The position numbers and the translations under genes were made by a program. A DNA stretch of 64,000 bases from assembly GCA_934232895.1 (NCBI GenBank), contig CAKQGH010000002.1, forward strand, positions 15,287 through 79,286, written 5' to 3'. The stretch comes from an uncultured Alphaproteobacteria bacterium (GTDB lineage Bacteria > Pseudomonadota > Alphaproteobacteria > Rs-D84). This document shows positions 18,612-27,576 of the stretch, piece by piece (position 1 is the stretch's first letter; the number at the start of each line of letters is the position of its first letter). The notes under the pieces were generated by a model that was given only the letters and a program-made list of their open reading frames with translations, had not been told where the DNA came from and made no database searches.

Positions 18612-19592
18612 TAGTGTAAAAAAGAGCAATGAGCAGAGAGCAGAGAGCAATGAAGCGCGCCATTCGGCGTCTTATATTCTTGTCATTCCTGCGTAGGCAG
18701 GAATAGGGCCTTGGAAATTACTCTCACTTGGTGTTGTACAATATTTGGTAAAAAAGTGAATATCAATATCACTGTACACCGCAACATTCTGGGTTTGGCT
18801 CGTTGACACTCGCACTGTATAGTCCCTATTCCTGCCTGCGCAGGAATGACAATCTTTGGGTTCTGTCATTGCGAGCGGAGCGTGGCAATCCAGTAAACGA
18901 CACCCCGTCGCGTTGCGCCACCCCGGCTTTCCAGAGGGGAACAAAGCTCATCATCGTCGCGGAGCAAAATCCCCTTCGCTAAGCGAAGGGGTGACCACGA
19001 AGTGGGCGGGGTAGTGGTAAATACACCCCCGCGGGGCAATGGTGACCCTCCTGCGCCGGCATGACGTTTTTTTGTGCTGTGTCCCTGTATCCCCATCGCG
19101 GAGCAAGTTCCCCACCGGTGGAGGGGTGGCCGCCAGGCCGGGGTGGTCTTGAGAGTGCAATGTGGAATAAATGTAAGACAAAAGACCACCACTCCGCTGC
19201 GCGGTACTCCTCCACAGGAGGAGAACTTGGTATGCTCCCGTTGCGGACTTCTCCGCTGGCAGAACCCCGGGTCGGGGTGATAATTCTTTTTTTGGGGGGG
19301 CGCATCCCTAGCGTGGACTCTCACTTGCCGTCATACCGGCGCAGGCCGGTATCTATTGCCCCGCAGGGACAAAAAGACCACCCCGGCACTCCGTGCCACC
19401 CCTCCACCGGAGGGGAACTTAGTATGTACCGAGAATAAACAAAATTCCCCGTCGCTTGGCCCCCCACGCAAAAAAAAATTTCAATTTCGTGGGACCAGTG
19501 TCGTGGTGGCACGAAGTGCCGGGGTAGTGGTGATTGCGTGTTGCCGGCATCCAAAATAATTCCTGGTGCGGGCGGGGCGGGTGTGATATGGT
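18612..19592. repeat. ~1 kb intergenic hotspot made almost entirely of RPE-like palindromic units plus a MITE copy
   Basis: AGAGCAR heptamers, MITE (18682-18850), 'gtcattgcgagcggagcgtggcaatcca', 'tccccttcgctaagcgaaggggtg', 'ggggtagtggtaaa', 'gttccccaccggtggaggggtg', 'gtcataccggcgcaggccggtat', 'caccccggcactccgtgccacccctccaccggaggggaac', 'cccacgcaaaaaaaaatttcaatttcgtggg'. Confidence 0.85.
18682..18850. mobile_element. MITE-like element copy 1 (~169 bp, ~27 bp hairpin-forming terminal inverted repeats)
   Basis: TIRs 'gtcattcctgcgtaggcaggaataggg' / 'ccctattcctgcctgcgcaggaatgac'. The interior matches copies at 55576-55746 and 58808-58978. Confidence 0.8.
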
Positions 19593-19616
19593 GTGCACAA
19601 ACAACAGGGGTGGGAC

Positions 19617-20189
19617 ATGCGAAAGATTATTATTACATCATTGTTATTCACATTGCCATCGGCGGCAATGGCGGGCATTTACAGCACGGGCGGATGGACG
19701 CCATATTTAACATCTGATTTCGGTTTAACATACACCGATGCAAAATTGCATGGGTACGATATGGGTGGATTTACCGGTGTGCTGAACATTGGCGCGGGTG
19801 TGCGCAATGACCGCACGCGGTTGGCATTGATATATCAAAAACGCGACACAATCAGTGAACTGTTTTCGTCGGCAATAACACGTACCGATGCATCATTGGA
19901 TGAGCAAGCGTTGATGCTGCGCGCGTATTACGATGTTATATCTGCGCGTTTTATTTCGGTATATGTTGGCGCGGGTGCGGGCGTGAACCAATACGATTTC
20001 AAATTATCGTATGCGGATGCGCGACCCGATTACATCGAAAGTGGGTATGGTTTTATCGGCGGGGCATCGGCGGGAATTACAATTCATATTGCACACATTG
20101 GGTTTACAATTGGCGCAGATTATAATTACACCACGCGCCCGCGTTCCGAAACAATAACGCCACGGATTGGTCTGTCCATGGCGTTTTGA
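19617..20189 (+). CDS. outer-membrane beta-barrel protein (OmpW/Opa-like small porin family)
   Basis: Signal peptide MRKIIITSLLFTLPSAAMA; alternating amphipathic strands; C-terminal 'IGLSMAF' (terminal Phe). Confidence 0.55.
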   Translation: MRKIIITSLLFTLPSAAMAGIYSTGGWTPYLTSDFGLTYTDAKLHGYDMGGFTGVLNIGAGVRNDRTRLALIYQKRDTISELFSSAITRTDASLDEQALMLRAYYDVISARFISVYVGAGAGVNQYDFKLSYADARPDYIESGYGFIGGASAGITIHIAHIGFTIGADYNYTTRPRSETITPRIGLSMAF

Positions 20190-20211
20190 ATCAATAAAAT
20201 GTAAATTTATA

Positions 20212-21411
20212 TTACATCGCCTGCATTTTGCTGACGGAGAAATCCAATTTCTTCGTCTTGCCCGAAACAACATTCGTCGGCAATGCAATGTCTTTGAGAG
20301 CATCCTCAATCGATGTCGTGCCCGTGGCAACACTGGTTCCGGTTGTGGCCGTGGTTCCGGTGGTTTTGGTCACGGTCGATATGTCATCCGCCATCACCTG
20401 GTCTGCAACTACCACATCGGCAACCTGCATCTGTTGCTCGAGGGCTTTTTTCAACTCATCATTGTCTAGTTTTATTGCTGCGGTTTCTGACAATTTTTTA
20501 TTGATTATACTGTTCGGCAAATCCAATTTTGCAAACACGGGCAATTTCCCAACCAATTCTGATTTCATTGTTTGTGCGTCTGCCTCTGCGTATTGGGCTT
20601 TCGTGACATTGCACGCCTTTAATGTTCCCTCTTGCGTTGATGTCAGCTTGTTGGCATCGGGGGCTGCACGGTATATATTCAGACAGTTTTTGAACCGCAC
20701 ATCGGACGAACACCCATAGCATTCATGCATCATATCGCTTGAGTATTGAACATTTTTGGATTTGCTGACGCACTTATTGCTCAGTGGCGATTTGTATTCG
20801 GTGCTTTTGCATTCGTCACTGGCTGTGATTTTTTTCCCTGAGTCTGCAGTTTTTGTGGTTTCTGTCTTTGGTTTCTCGGGCTCTGTGGCTTGCTTTTTCG
20901 GTGTATCGTCTTTCTTCGTCTCTGTGGTTTTAGGCGTTTCCTGTTTCACGGCGGCGCATTTGCCACCACTAACAACCTGGCCACTGGGGCATGATGTTGG
21001 AACCGTACAGGGTTTGTCCGATTCAACGCTGCCGCAAACATTGGTTGTCTTTTGATATGTGCACGTACCGCCGCCAACATCTATGGTCACATCTTCACTT
21101 TTTTTAATCCATTTTGCGCCAGCAACGAATTTACCCTGGTCAGTTTTGTTTCCATCGCAACACCAGTATTTGGTACCGTCTATGTCAACATCATCCCCGT
21201 GGTAATACCACAGCGATGGTTTATGACTTGATATATGTTTCAAACCAGCACAAGATTCTTTCTGGTTCCCACAAAAGTAGTATTGAACAGTGCTCTGTTT
21301 GGCGCCGTTTATATACCGAAAACATTCGGTACTAAAACCTGTTTTCCACCCAGCCTCTGCGGTGTTGGCGGTCAAAGCACAAATCAATAAAGGCAGAAAA
21401 ATCTTTCTCAT
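20212..21411 (-). CDS. secreted cysteine-rich repeat protein, paralog of the 8276-9505 gene
   Basis: Signal peptide; 'YYFCGNQKESC', 'YWCCDGNKTDQGKFVAGAKWIKK', 'GGGTCTY', 'CTVPTSCPSGQ', 'CVSKSKNVQYSSDMMHECYGCSSDVRFKNCL'. Confidence 0.65.
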   Translation of the reverse strand: MRKIFLPLLICALTANTAEAGWKTGFSTECFRYINGAKQSTVQYYFCGNQKESCAGLKHISSHKPSLWYYHGDDVDIDGTKYWCCDGNKTDQGKFVAGAKWIKKSEDVTIDVGGGTCTYQKTTNVCGSVESDKPCTVPTSCPSGQVVSGGKCAAVKQETPKTTETKKDDTPKKQATEPEKPKTETTKTADSGKKITASDECKSTEYKSPLSNKCVSKSKNVQYSSDMMHECYGCSSDVRFKNCLNIYRAAPDANKLTSTQEGTLKACNVTKAQYAEADAQTMKSELVGKLPVFAKLDLPNSIINKKLSETAAIKLDNDELKKALEQQMQVADVVVADQVMADDISTVTKTTGTTATTGTSVATGTTSIEDALKDIALPTNVVSGKTKKLDFSVSKMQAM

Positions 21412-21508
21412 CTCGTATCACCCGTTGATATTTATTTCCCAGTAATTTTACTACATTTTGCATATTTTTACAATACAAAAATAAACGCGCGTGATTCATG
21501 GGAAATAT

Positions 21509-21859
21509 TTATTTGCGTTTTGTCGCGACCTTTTTCAATTTTGGTTTGGGTTGGGGCAGCGCGCGCGTCAATTCCCGCACCATATCAATGGCCAGTTCGG
21601 AATTTTCAATATCCATAATATAGTGTGGCCGTGCACCACCGTATGGAATACCCACGTCCGGTGTAATGCCATGTGCGGTGAATACGGCCAGGCTTTCCGG
21701 AATTTGTTTAACATAGACCGTGTCGTCGCAAATCAGCAAAACGGGTTTATCGCACGAGAACAACATATAGTCCCCGAACATTTTACGGTACCGAATGTCG
21801 GGCGTTGCATCGCGTACCACATCATAAACAAACTCTATAAATCCAACACTTGATGACAT
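21509..21859 (-). CDS. TfoX/Sxy N-terminal domain protein
   Basis: 'RKMFGDYMLFSCDKPVLLICDDTVYVK' TfoX_N-like. Confidence 0.5.
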   Translation of the reverse strand: MSSSVGFIEFVYDVVRDATPDIRYRKMFGDYMLFSCDKPVLLICDDTVYVKQIPESLAVFTAHGITPDVGIPYGGARPHYIMDIENSELAIDMVRELTRALPQPKPKLKKVATKRK

Positions 21860-22072
21860 ACGGATATTGTACCACAAACAAAAAACGCTGACAAGCGCCC
21901 AGAAGGATACACTCGCACGCCGGATTAAAATCCGCCGTGTCTGCGTGGCATTCGTGACGGCTCGCCCACGCTATCGCTTGGCTTGCCTACTCATTGTCGA
22001 ACCCTCTGGTCGGGTTCGAACCCTTGGGTGCACAACATAAATTAAACCGCCGACAAGCGGCGGTTGAATTTA

Positions 22073-22149
22073 TGGCGCGCCCAGAAGGATTCGAACCCTC
22101 AACCTTCTGATCCGTAGTCAGATGCTCTATCCAATTGAGCCATGGGCGC
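22073..22149 (-). tRNA. tRNA-Arg (anticodon ACG)
   Basis: Reverse complement gives GCGCCCATGGCTCAATTGGATAGAGCATCTGACTACGGATCAGAAGGTTGAGGGTTCGAATCCTTCTGGGCGCGCCA. Cloverleaf with anticodon loop CTACGGA. Confidence 0.85.
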
Positions 22150-22205
22150 AACGGTCTTATATTCTATACATTTTTATTCCGATTGCAAGAAAAAATAATA
22201 CTTTT

Positions 22206-22799
22206 TTATCGGCCCCCGCGTTCTTGCGTCGCCGCCGCGTGGTACAGGGCGTTAAAATGTTGGCGACATACGGATTTATAGTTGCTGTCCCCGACCGCAA
22301 TTTGCTCGCCCGCGCGTACAACATTGCCGACCGCGTCAAACCGCAAATGATGCGTCGCCAGGTGCATGCACCCCGGAATCTGGCATGTTGATTCCATACG
22401 GTGTAATTTGGCGCCAACCTCTATCAATCGCTGGGACGCCGGGAACAGGTGTTCGTTGCTGTCCACCATCAGGCCATAACACATTATAATAATCGGGCGA
22501 CTGTCCGCAATTTTGACCAGGTGGTCAATATCGGCGGGGGTAAAAAACTGAACCTCGTCCACCAGAACCATTTTAGTGTTTGCATTTGGCGCATAATCGA
22601 CCAGGCTTTCGCGCACAATTGCATCAACCGATATGCCAATGCGCGAATCAACGCGGTTTGCACTGAAACGGTTGTCGGTTTTGGGTTTTATAACCTCGGT
22701 CTGGTTGCCATTTTTGTTCTGGTTATATGCGTTGATAATCAGTTGCGCCGATTTGGAACATCCCATTGTTCCATAATGAAAATGCAGGTTTGCCATCAC
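22206..22799 (-). CDS. tdk: thymidine kinase
   Basis: 'HFHYGTMGCSKS' P-loop, 'VDEVQFF', C-terminal zinc ribbon Cys pairs. Confidence 0.85.
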   Translation of the reverse strand: MMANLHFHYGTMGCSKSAQLIINAYNQNKNGNQTEVIKPKTDNRFSANRVDSRIGISVDAIVRESLVDYAPNANTKMVLVDEVQFFTPADIDHLVKIADSRPIIIMCYGLMVDSNEHLFPASQRLIEVGAKLHRMESTCQIPGCMHLATHHLRFDAVGNVVRAGEQIAVGDSNYKSVCRQHFNALYHAAATQERGGR

Positions 22800-22808
22800 A
22801 TACTCCTT

Positions 22809-23738
22809 TTATGCCATTGATTCCAGTCTTTCAATACGTTTTTCCACCGGCGGGTGCGTTGCCAGTAAACTGGACGCAAATTCACGCAGGCCCCGTGGGT
22901 CGGCAATACACACGGCCGCCATAGACGCCGTTTTATCCAAACATTCAACGCGCGCATCGGTTGTAATTTTGCGCAATGCCGACGCCAATGCCAGCGGGTT
23001 GCGCGTAATCAAGGCGCCCGTCGCATCGGCGGCATATTCGCGATTGCGCGATACCGCCATTCGCAACAGTGGTGTAATAATCCAATTGAATACCATAAAC
23101 GCCAGCCACACCATAACCAGTACGGCCGCGCCGCCATTCTTGTTGTCATTGTCGCTGCGCGTGCCGCCATACATAATTGTGCGGCCAATCATATCGGCGG
23201 CAAACACCGTGACGCCAACGCCCGTAATCAGCAACATATCCAACCGAATGTCGCGGTTGCCAATGTGCGCCATTTCGTGGGCAATGACCCCCTCTAGTTC
23301 TGGGCGGGTCAGACGGGCCACTATGCCACGTGTCAATGCGACCGATGCGTCGCGGGGTGACCGCCCGGTGGCAAACGCGTTCATGGACGCGTCGTCAATA
23401 ATATATACGCGGGGCCGCGGCAGGCCGGCCGCAATTGCAACATTTTCAACCGCACGGAAAATTTCGCGATTCTGTTTATCGTTGTCGTGAATTTCGGTGG
23501 CGCGCGCCGCGTTCAGCATCATCGAATCGCCAAACGCCCATGATATTATCATCCACACGGCGCACGCGATAAATGTGGGTATTGCGACATTGGCGGTGGT
23601 GTGCACGGCGGTTTCAATTGGCGCGACGCACCACACAAACAAAAACACCAATGCGATAAAAATCATCGGAAAAGCCGCAACCAATATTGCGGTTTTTATG
23701 TTGTTGCTGCGAATATGGTCATACACGGTTTTGGTCAT
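22809..23738 (-). CDS. htpX: protease HtpX homolog (M48 zinc metalloprotease)
   Basis: TM segments and 'HEMAHIGNRD'. Confidence 0.85.
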   Translation of the reverse strand: MTKTVYDHIRSNNIKTAILVAAFPMIFIALVFLFVWCVAPIETAVHTTANVAIPTFIACAVWMIISWAFGDSMMLNAARATEIHDNDKQNREIFRAVENVAIAAGLPRPRVYIIDDASMNAFATGRSPRDASVALTRGIVARLTRPELEGVIAHEMAHIGNRDIRLDMLLITGVGVTVFAADMIGRTIMYGGTRSDNDNKNGGAAVLVMVWLAFMVFNWIITPLLRMAVSRNREYAADATGALITRNPLALASALRKITTDARVECLDKTASMAAVCIADPRGLREFASSLLATHPPVEKRIERLESMA

Positions 23739-24115
23739 AAATCCCCCCGTAATTTGTGAAATTTTACATCAAAACTGCCATTGTTTATCGGGGTGCATTC
23801 TGCAATGTATGGGGCCAGAACACTGGCGCGAACCCATTGCTGAAACTTGATTTTCAATATGCCGCTGGCGCCCGTAATGATTTTTGCGTGCCGCACGCCC
23901 GATGTGGCCATTGCCATAATTAAATCCCACGATTCTTGTTCGGTGCGGTTGTGTAAATCCAGTGTTGCATGTGTTGGAACCGGCGCCGCGGCGGGCGGTA
24001 TCAATTGCCCCAGACGCAGTTTTTCGCGTACACTGCGCCGCACCGCGCGGACATCGGGCACGAATGGCGCGCGTGCCATGGTTTCAATATCAATGTCACT
24101 CAGATGTTTAATCAT
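23735..24115 (-). CDS. Smr-domain protein
   Basis: 'LDLHNRTEQESWDLIMAMATSGVRHAKIITGASG' Smr motif. ATGA overlap with htpX. Start uncertain (ORF extends to 24160). Confidence 0.5.
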   Translation of the reverse strand: MIKHLSDIDIETMARAPFVPDVRAVRRSVREKLRLGQLIPPAAAPVPTHATLDLHNRTEQESWDLIMAMATSGVRHAKIITGASGILKIKFQQWVRASVLAPYIAECTPINNGSFDVKFHKLRGDL

Positions 24116-24138
24116 ATCGCGTATGGTACATACAATTC

Positions 24139-24168
24139 TTGACACGCGCAAGCAAAACAAGGTATAAT
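24139..24168 (+). promoter_or_regulatory. near-consensus sigma70-type promoter (TTGACA-18-TATAAT) upstream of the small Cys-rich gene
   Basis: ttgacacgcgcaagcaaaacaaggtataat located ~25 nt before ATG 24194. Confidence 0.45.
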
Positions 24169-24193
24169 CCCAGCAGTAATTTGGATATATTTT

Positions 24194-24568
24194 ATGACAA
24201 GAAAAACAGTATTATTTTTTTGTTGTTTTGCGGCACTGACCACCGCCCCGGCATGGGGGGATAATATTAATGTGATATATAAATGCCCCGACGGACAGTA
24301 TGCCAAGGGGGGGAGTGCCGCAACGTGCCAGACCGGGTATACTGGCAACACAAAAAGTCCCGCAGTGTATACAAGTAACGCCACATGCGCCGTATGCCCA
24401 AACACAAGTATGTTTTCAAATGCAATGTATAAAACGAGTGACAGACGGCCTGCTGCGGTCTCGGATTGCTATGCTATGAGCGACAATGGTAAGTTAGAAG
24501 GCGAGGACGAAATGGGCAGCTATAAGATAGAGGGTAATTGCTATTACACAGGACACAGATACAAATAA
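24194..24568 (+). CDS. small secreted cysteine-rich protein
   Basis: Signal peptide MTRKTVLFFCCFAALTTAPAWG; 8 Cys in the mature part. Confidence 0.45.
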   Translation: MTRKTVLFFCCFAALTTAPAWGDNINVIYKCPDGQYAKGGSAATCQTGYTGNTKSPAVYTSNATCAVCPNTSMFSNAMYKTSDRRPAAVSDCYAMSDNGKLEGEDEMGSYKIEGNCYYTGHRYK

Positions 24569-24579
24569 TTGACCAAAAG

Positions 24580-25017
24580 ATGTACAAGATATACAGATTT
24601 TTTATACGATTTGTGGTGTTTGCGTTAACAATGTATTTGTTGCCGTTGTCAGACTATGTGGCATCGTGGTTTGGCGACATTGCATCGGGCGCACACGCCG
24701 CTGGCATCAAATGCAAGGTTAGTGAGATGTGTGATGGGTTGGTGAACGCCTATAAGGATCCCATTAAAAAAGAAAACATCAAAGGTGACATCGACCCGGG
24801 AACAATTATTACGTGTGATTATGGTAATGACCAGTTCCAAGATACGATGTGTGCGTCCGAGGGGAAGGGTATGGCGGTGACCGCATTTTATCTTGGGAAG
24901 AGTGCAGCGAGCTGCACAGAAAATGCCAGGTGTATGGTTAATTTGTTTGGCACAAGATATGCTGACACACAAGCGGGCTGGAGCAATATGTCCTCCGATT
25001 TTACTATTTGTAATTAA
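24580..25017 (+). CDS. hypothetical membrane-anchored Cys-containing protein
   Basis: N-terminal hydrophobic segment MYKIYRFFIRFVVFALTMYLL. Confidence 0.35.
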   Translation: MYKIYRFFIRFVVFALTMYLLPLSDYVASWFGDIASGAHAAGIKCKVSEMCDGLVNAYKDPIKKENIKGDIDPGTIITCDYGNDQFQDTMCASEGKGMAVTAFYLGKSAASCTENARCMVNLFGTRYADTQAGWSNMSSDFTICN

Positions 25018-25028
25018 ATGCATTTGTT

Positions 25029-25790
25029 ATGTTACACGGACGCGCAAAGTTTGTTTATAATACACATTTGGAACCGCATTTGTTCGATGCAGAGGGCCAG
25101 ATGCGTCCATTGGTTGTTGATGCGTTGATATTGTTTGCAAATAATTATTTATCATTTTTGTCGCGGTTGGGAATCCCCGTGTCGGCGGACGATGTGCGTG
25201 ACATTTTGGCATACGGCAGCACCACAAACTATTACTATGATGACGCCAGCGATATTGATGTTGTAATATTTGTTGATTGGACCAAAATTTCTAAAAATTT
25301 ACCGGGCCTGGATATGAGCGCAATGGGGCGCGCATTGATGAGTGCATGGAAACGTGGGTATAACTTGCGCATTTTGGGGCGCCGTGTTGATATGCACATT
25401 GAAAACATAGACGCCCCCAGCGAAGGGCCCGATGTCATAAAACCGGGCAGTATATATTCGCTGATGCGGCGTTGTTGGATTCGACGGCCCGAAATGTTAT
25501 CAAACGATGCTGTTAAACAAATTCGACGCGATGCGATGGCGCGATATCGTAAAATTCGCCAAACGTATTATGAAATTCGCCTGAATAAAATGGGACCGAA
25601 ATACATAACATCATTCATAAAAACATTGCGTGAAGAGAAAAATAAAAGTGTACATGAAAATGCACTGTGCCCCATTACACCGACAATTATGGCATATCGT
25701 ATGGCGCGCAAGGTTGGCATTCTGGATGACCTGAATGCCCGAATTGCCCAGCAGAGTGTTAAAAACTTTGATTTGTCATTTTTGGAATAG
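25029..25790 (+). CDS. nucleotidyltransferase-fold (Pol-beta superfamily) protein, paralog 1 of a tandem pair
   Basis: 'YGSTTNYYYDDASDIDVVIFVD' matches hG[GS]x9-13DhDh. ~250 aa with a helical C-terminal half (KNTase/Lnu-like architecture). Confidence 0.5.
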   Translation: MLHGRAKFVYNTHLEPHLFDAEGQMRPLVVDALILFANNYLSFLSRLGIPVSADDVRDILAYGSTTNYYYDDASDIDVVIFVDWTKISKNLPGLDMSAMGRALMSAWKRGYNLRILGRRVDMHIENIDAPSEGPDVIKPGSIYSLMRRCWIRRPEMLSNDAVKQIRRDAMARYRKIRQTYYEIRLNKMGPKYITSFIKTLREEKNKSVHENALCPITPTIMAYRMARKVGILDDLNARIAQQSVKNFDLSFLE

Positions 25791-25800
25791 GGGGCGGAAT

Positions 25801-26565
25801 ATGTTTGGTATTACGCGCCGTCGGCCGGTGTTTATTTATCATAACCATTTGGATGAAACCGTTTGGAATCGCGATGCAACTATGCGCGCGGTTGTTAAAA
25901 ATGCCCTGAATACCATGGTTGGGTCATATATTTCATATATGCATCGTGCGGGGTTGCCGATAACGCACGATATGATTTCGGATATTTTAATTCATGGTTC
26001 GGTGGCCGATTATTATTGGGACAGTACCAGTGACATTGATATTTGCATCATAATGGACTGGGCGCCATTGCGTGAAAAATTTCCCGATGTCGATGTGTAT
26101 ACATTGATGAAATCGCTGTTGCTGTCGTGGTATCGCAGTTATCGCATTCGTATCGTCGGGCACGGCGTTGATGTCGAGGTTGCCGATTTGAACGCACCAG
26201 CGTATGGTGAAAACCTGTGGAAAATTGGCAGTCGTTATTCATTGATGCACGATGCGTGGATTGTTCGCCCAAATTTGCTGTCGCCGGATGCGGTGCGCGA
26301 TATTCGTCGCGCGGCATTGGAAAAATATCGCGAAATCGAACGCGAATATAAAAACATTTGTCGCAATAAAATGTCGGCGGGTTTTGTCGATGCGTTTTTG
26401 GCGCGACTGTGGGCCGAACGTGGTGCGGCATTACATGAAAATACCAATTCATGTGTGTGCCCGGGTGCAATGGCGTTTCGTATGGCGCGTCGCACGGGCA
26501 TATTGCGCGATTTGTCCGAACGCGCCGCACAAAATCGTTCCAGGAATTTTAATGTTAAATATTAA
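25801..26565 (+). CDS. nucleotidyltransferase-fold protein, paralog 2 of the tandem pair
   Basis: 'HGSVADYYWDSTSDIDICIIMD'; collinear with paralog 1 along its length; RBS aataggggg. Confidence 0.5.
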   Translation: MFGITRRRPVFIYHNHLDETVWNRDATMRAVVKNALNTMVGSYISYMHRAGLPITHDMISDILIHGSVADYYWDSTSDIDICIIMDWAPLREKFPDVDVYTLMKSLLLSWYRSYRIRIVGHGVDVEVADLNAPAYGENLWKIGSRYSLMHDAWIVRPNLLSPDAVRDIRRAALEKYREIEREYKNICRNKMSAGFVDAFLARLWAERGAALHENTNSCVCPGAMAFRMARRTGILRDLSERAAQNRSRNFNVKY

Positions 26566-26570
26566 ACATC

Positions 26571-26600
26571 AAAAAAAACGCCCCAACGGGGCGTTTTTAT
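26571..26600. terminator. bidirectional rho-independent terminator
   Basis: aaaaaaaacgccccaacggggcgtttttatt between convergent genes. Confidence 0.7.
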
Positions 26601-26617
26601 TTGTGTTTCGCGCGCCA

Positions 26618-27514
26618 TTAAATGCTGGCGGCGTTGACCCAACGACCGTTTTTCAACAGACCTGGGGCCATACCCTCGTTATTACGCAGGGAATCCAACA
26701 CATTGCGTGCACGCGCCGCATCCAGATTTATGATGCGAACCTTGTACATATCGCCTTCTTTGACAACCATGGCGTCGCCGTATGTGCGCATACGCGCGGC
26801 CAGATTCTCGGCGCTGTCTTCGGCATAGAATGCGGCGACCTGGACACTGTATTCACCCGCGGCAACAGGTGCCGGTTGTACAGTTTCAGTTGTCGTAATA
26901 ACGGTTGTTTCGGATGCGACCGGTGCCACCGATACGGCCGGCGTGTTTACACCAATTGTTGCGTTTTTAACCGCAATTGATTGGTCGGACAAAACCTGGA
27001 CCTGGACCTTGGACTGGCCGGTCATACCAATTTTTGCCGCGGCGGCCGGTGATAAATCCATAATACGGGTATTTACAAATGGACCACGATTATTCACACG
27101 AACAACAACCGATTGACCATTATCCAAATTGGTCACGCGTGCAATTGTCGGCAGGGGCAAAGTCTTGCTGGTGGCGACCATTTGGGTCATGTCAAAAACC
27201 TCGCCATTGCTGGTTTTTGCGCCGTTCAATTCGGTCGGAATAATGCCCGCAACACCGGTCTGGTTGTATGTTAAATCCTCGGCCGGGATGTATTGAACAT
27301 TTTCAACCTTGTACGCGCTGCCAATATAATATTTTGGTGCCGCCGCCATCAAGTATGCATCGTTCAGCGATTGTCCATCGGTTGTCGTTGCCAATGTTTC
27401 TTCGCCAAAGCCATCGGTGCCATATCCGGCCGGTTGGGTCGCCGTATTATTCAAATCCGCGCAACCCGCCAACAAAGCGGTTAAAACCGCCAATGAAACT
27501 ATTTTTTTTGTCAT
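26618..27514 (-). CDS. rlpA: septal ring lytic transglycosylase RlpA-like lipoprotein (DPBB + SPOR domains)
   Basis: Lipobox 'LAGC'. DPBB core 'IARVTNLDNGQSVVVRVNNRGPF'. C-terminal SPOR 'YSVQVAAFYAEDSAENLAARM'. Confidence 0.75.
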   Translation of the reverse strand: MTKKIVSLAVLTALLAGCADLNNTATQPAGYGTDGFGEETLATTTDGQSLNDAYLMAAAPKYYIGSAYKVENVQYIPAEDLTYNQTGVAGIIPTELNGAKTSNGEVFDMTQMVATSKTLPLPTIARVTNLDNGQSVVVRVNNRGPFVNTRIMDLSPAAAAKIGMTGQSKVQVQVLSDQSIAVKNATIGVNTPAVSVAPVASETTVITTTETVQPAPVAAGEYSVQVAAFYAEDSAENLAARMRTYGDAMVVKEGDMYKVRIINLDAARARNVLDSLRNNEGMAPGLLKNGRWVNAASI

Positions 27515-27576
27515 GATTGGGACTCCTTACATTCTTATAATTAAGATTTTATCATATAAAAGTCCCAGTTTCAACT

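Noticed and set aside
21878-22072. Possible two-piece (permuted) alphaproteobacterial tmRNA next to tRNA-Arg
   Set aside because: T-arm-like palindromes are present, but no tag-peptide reading frame (ANDN...-type) or terminal CCA could be found by eye. It is retained only as a tRNA-like remnant finding.
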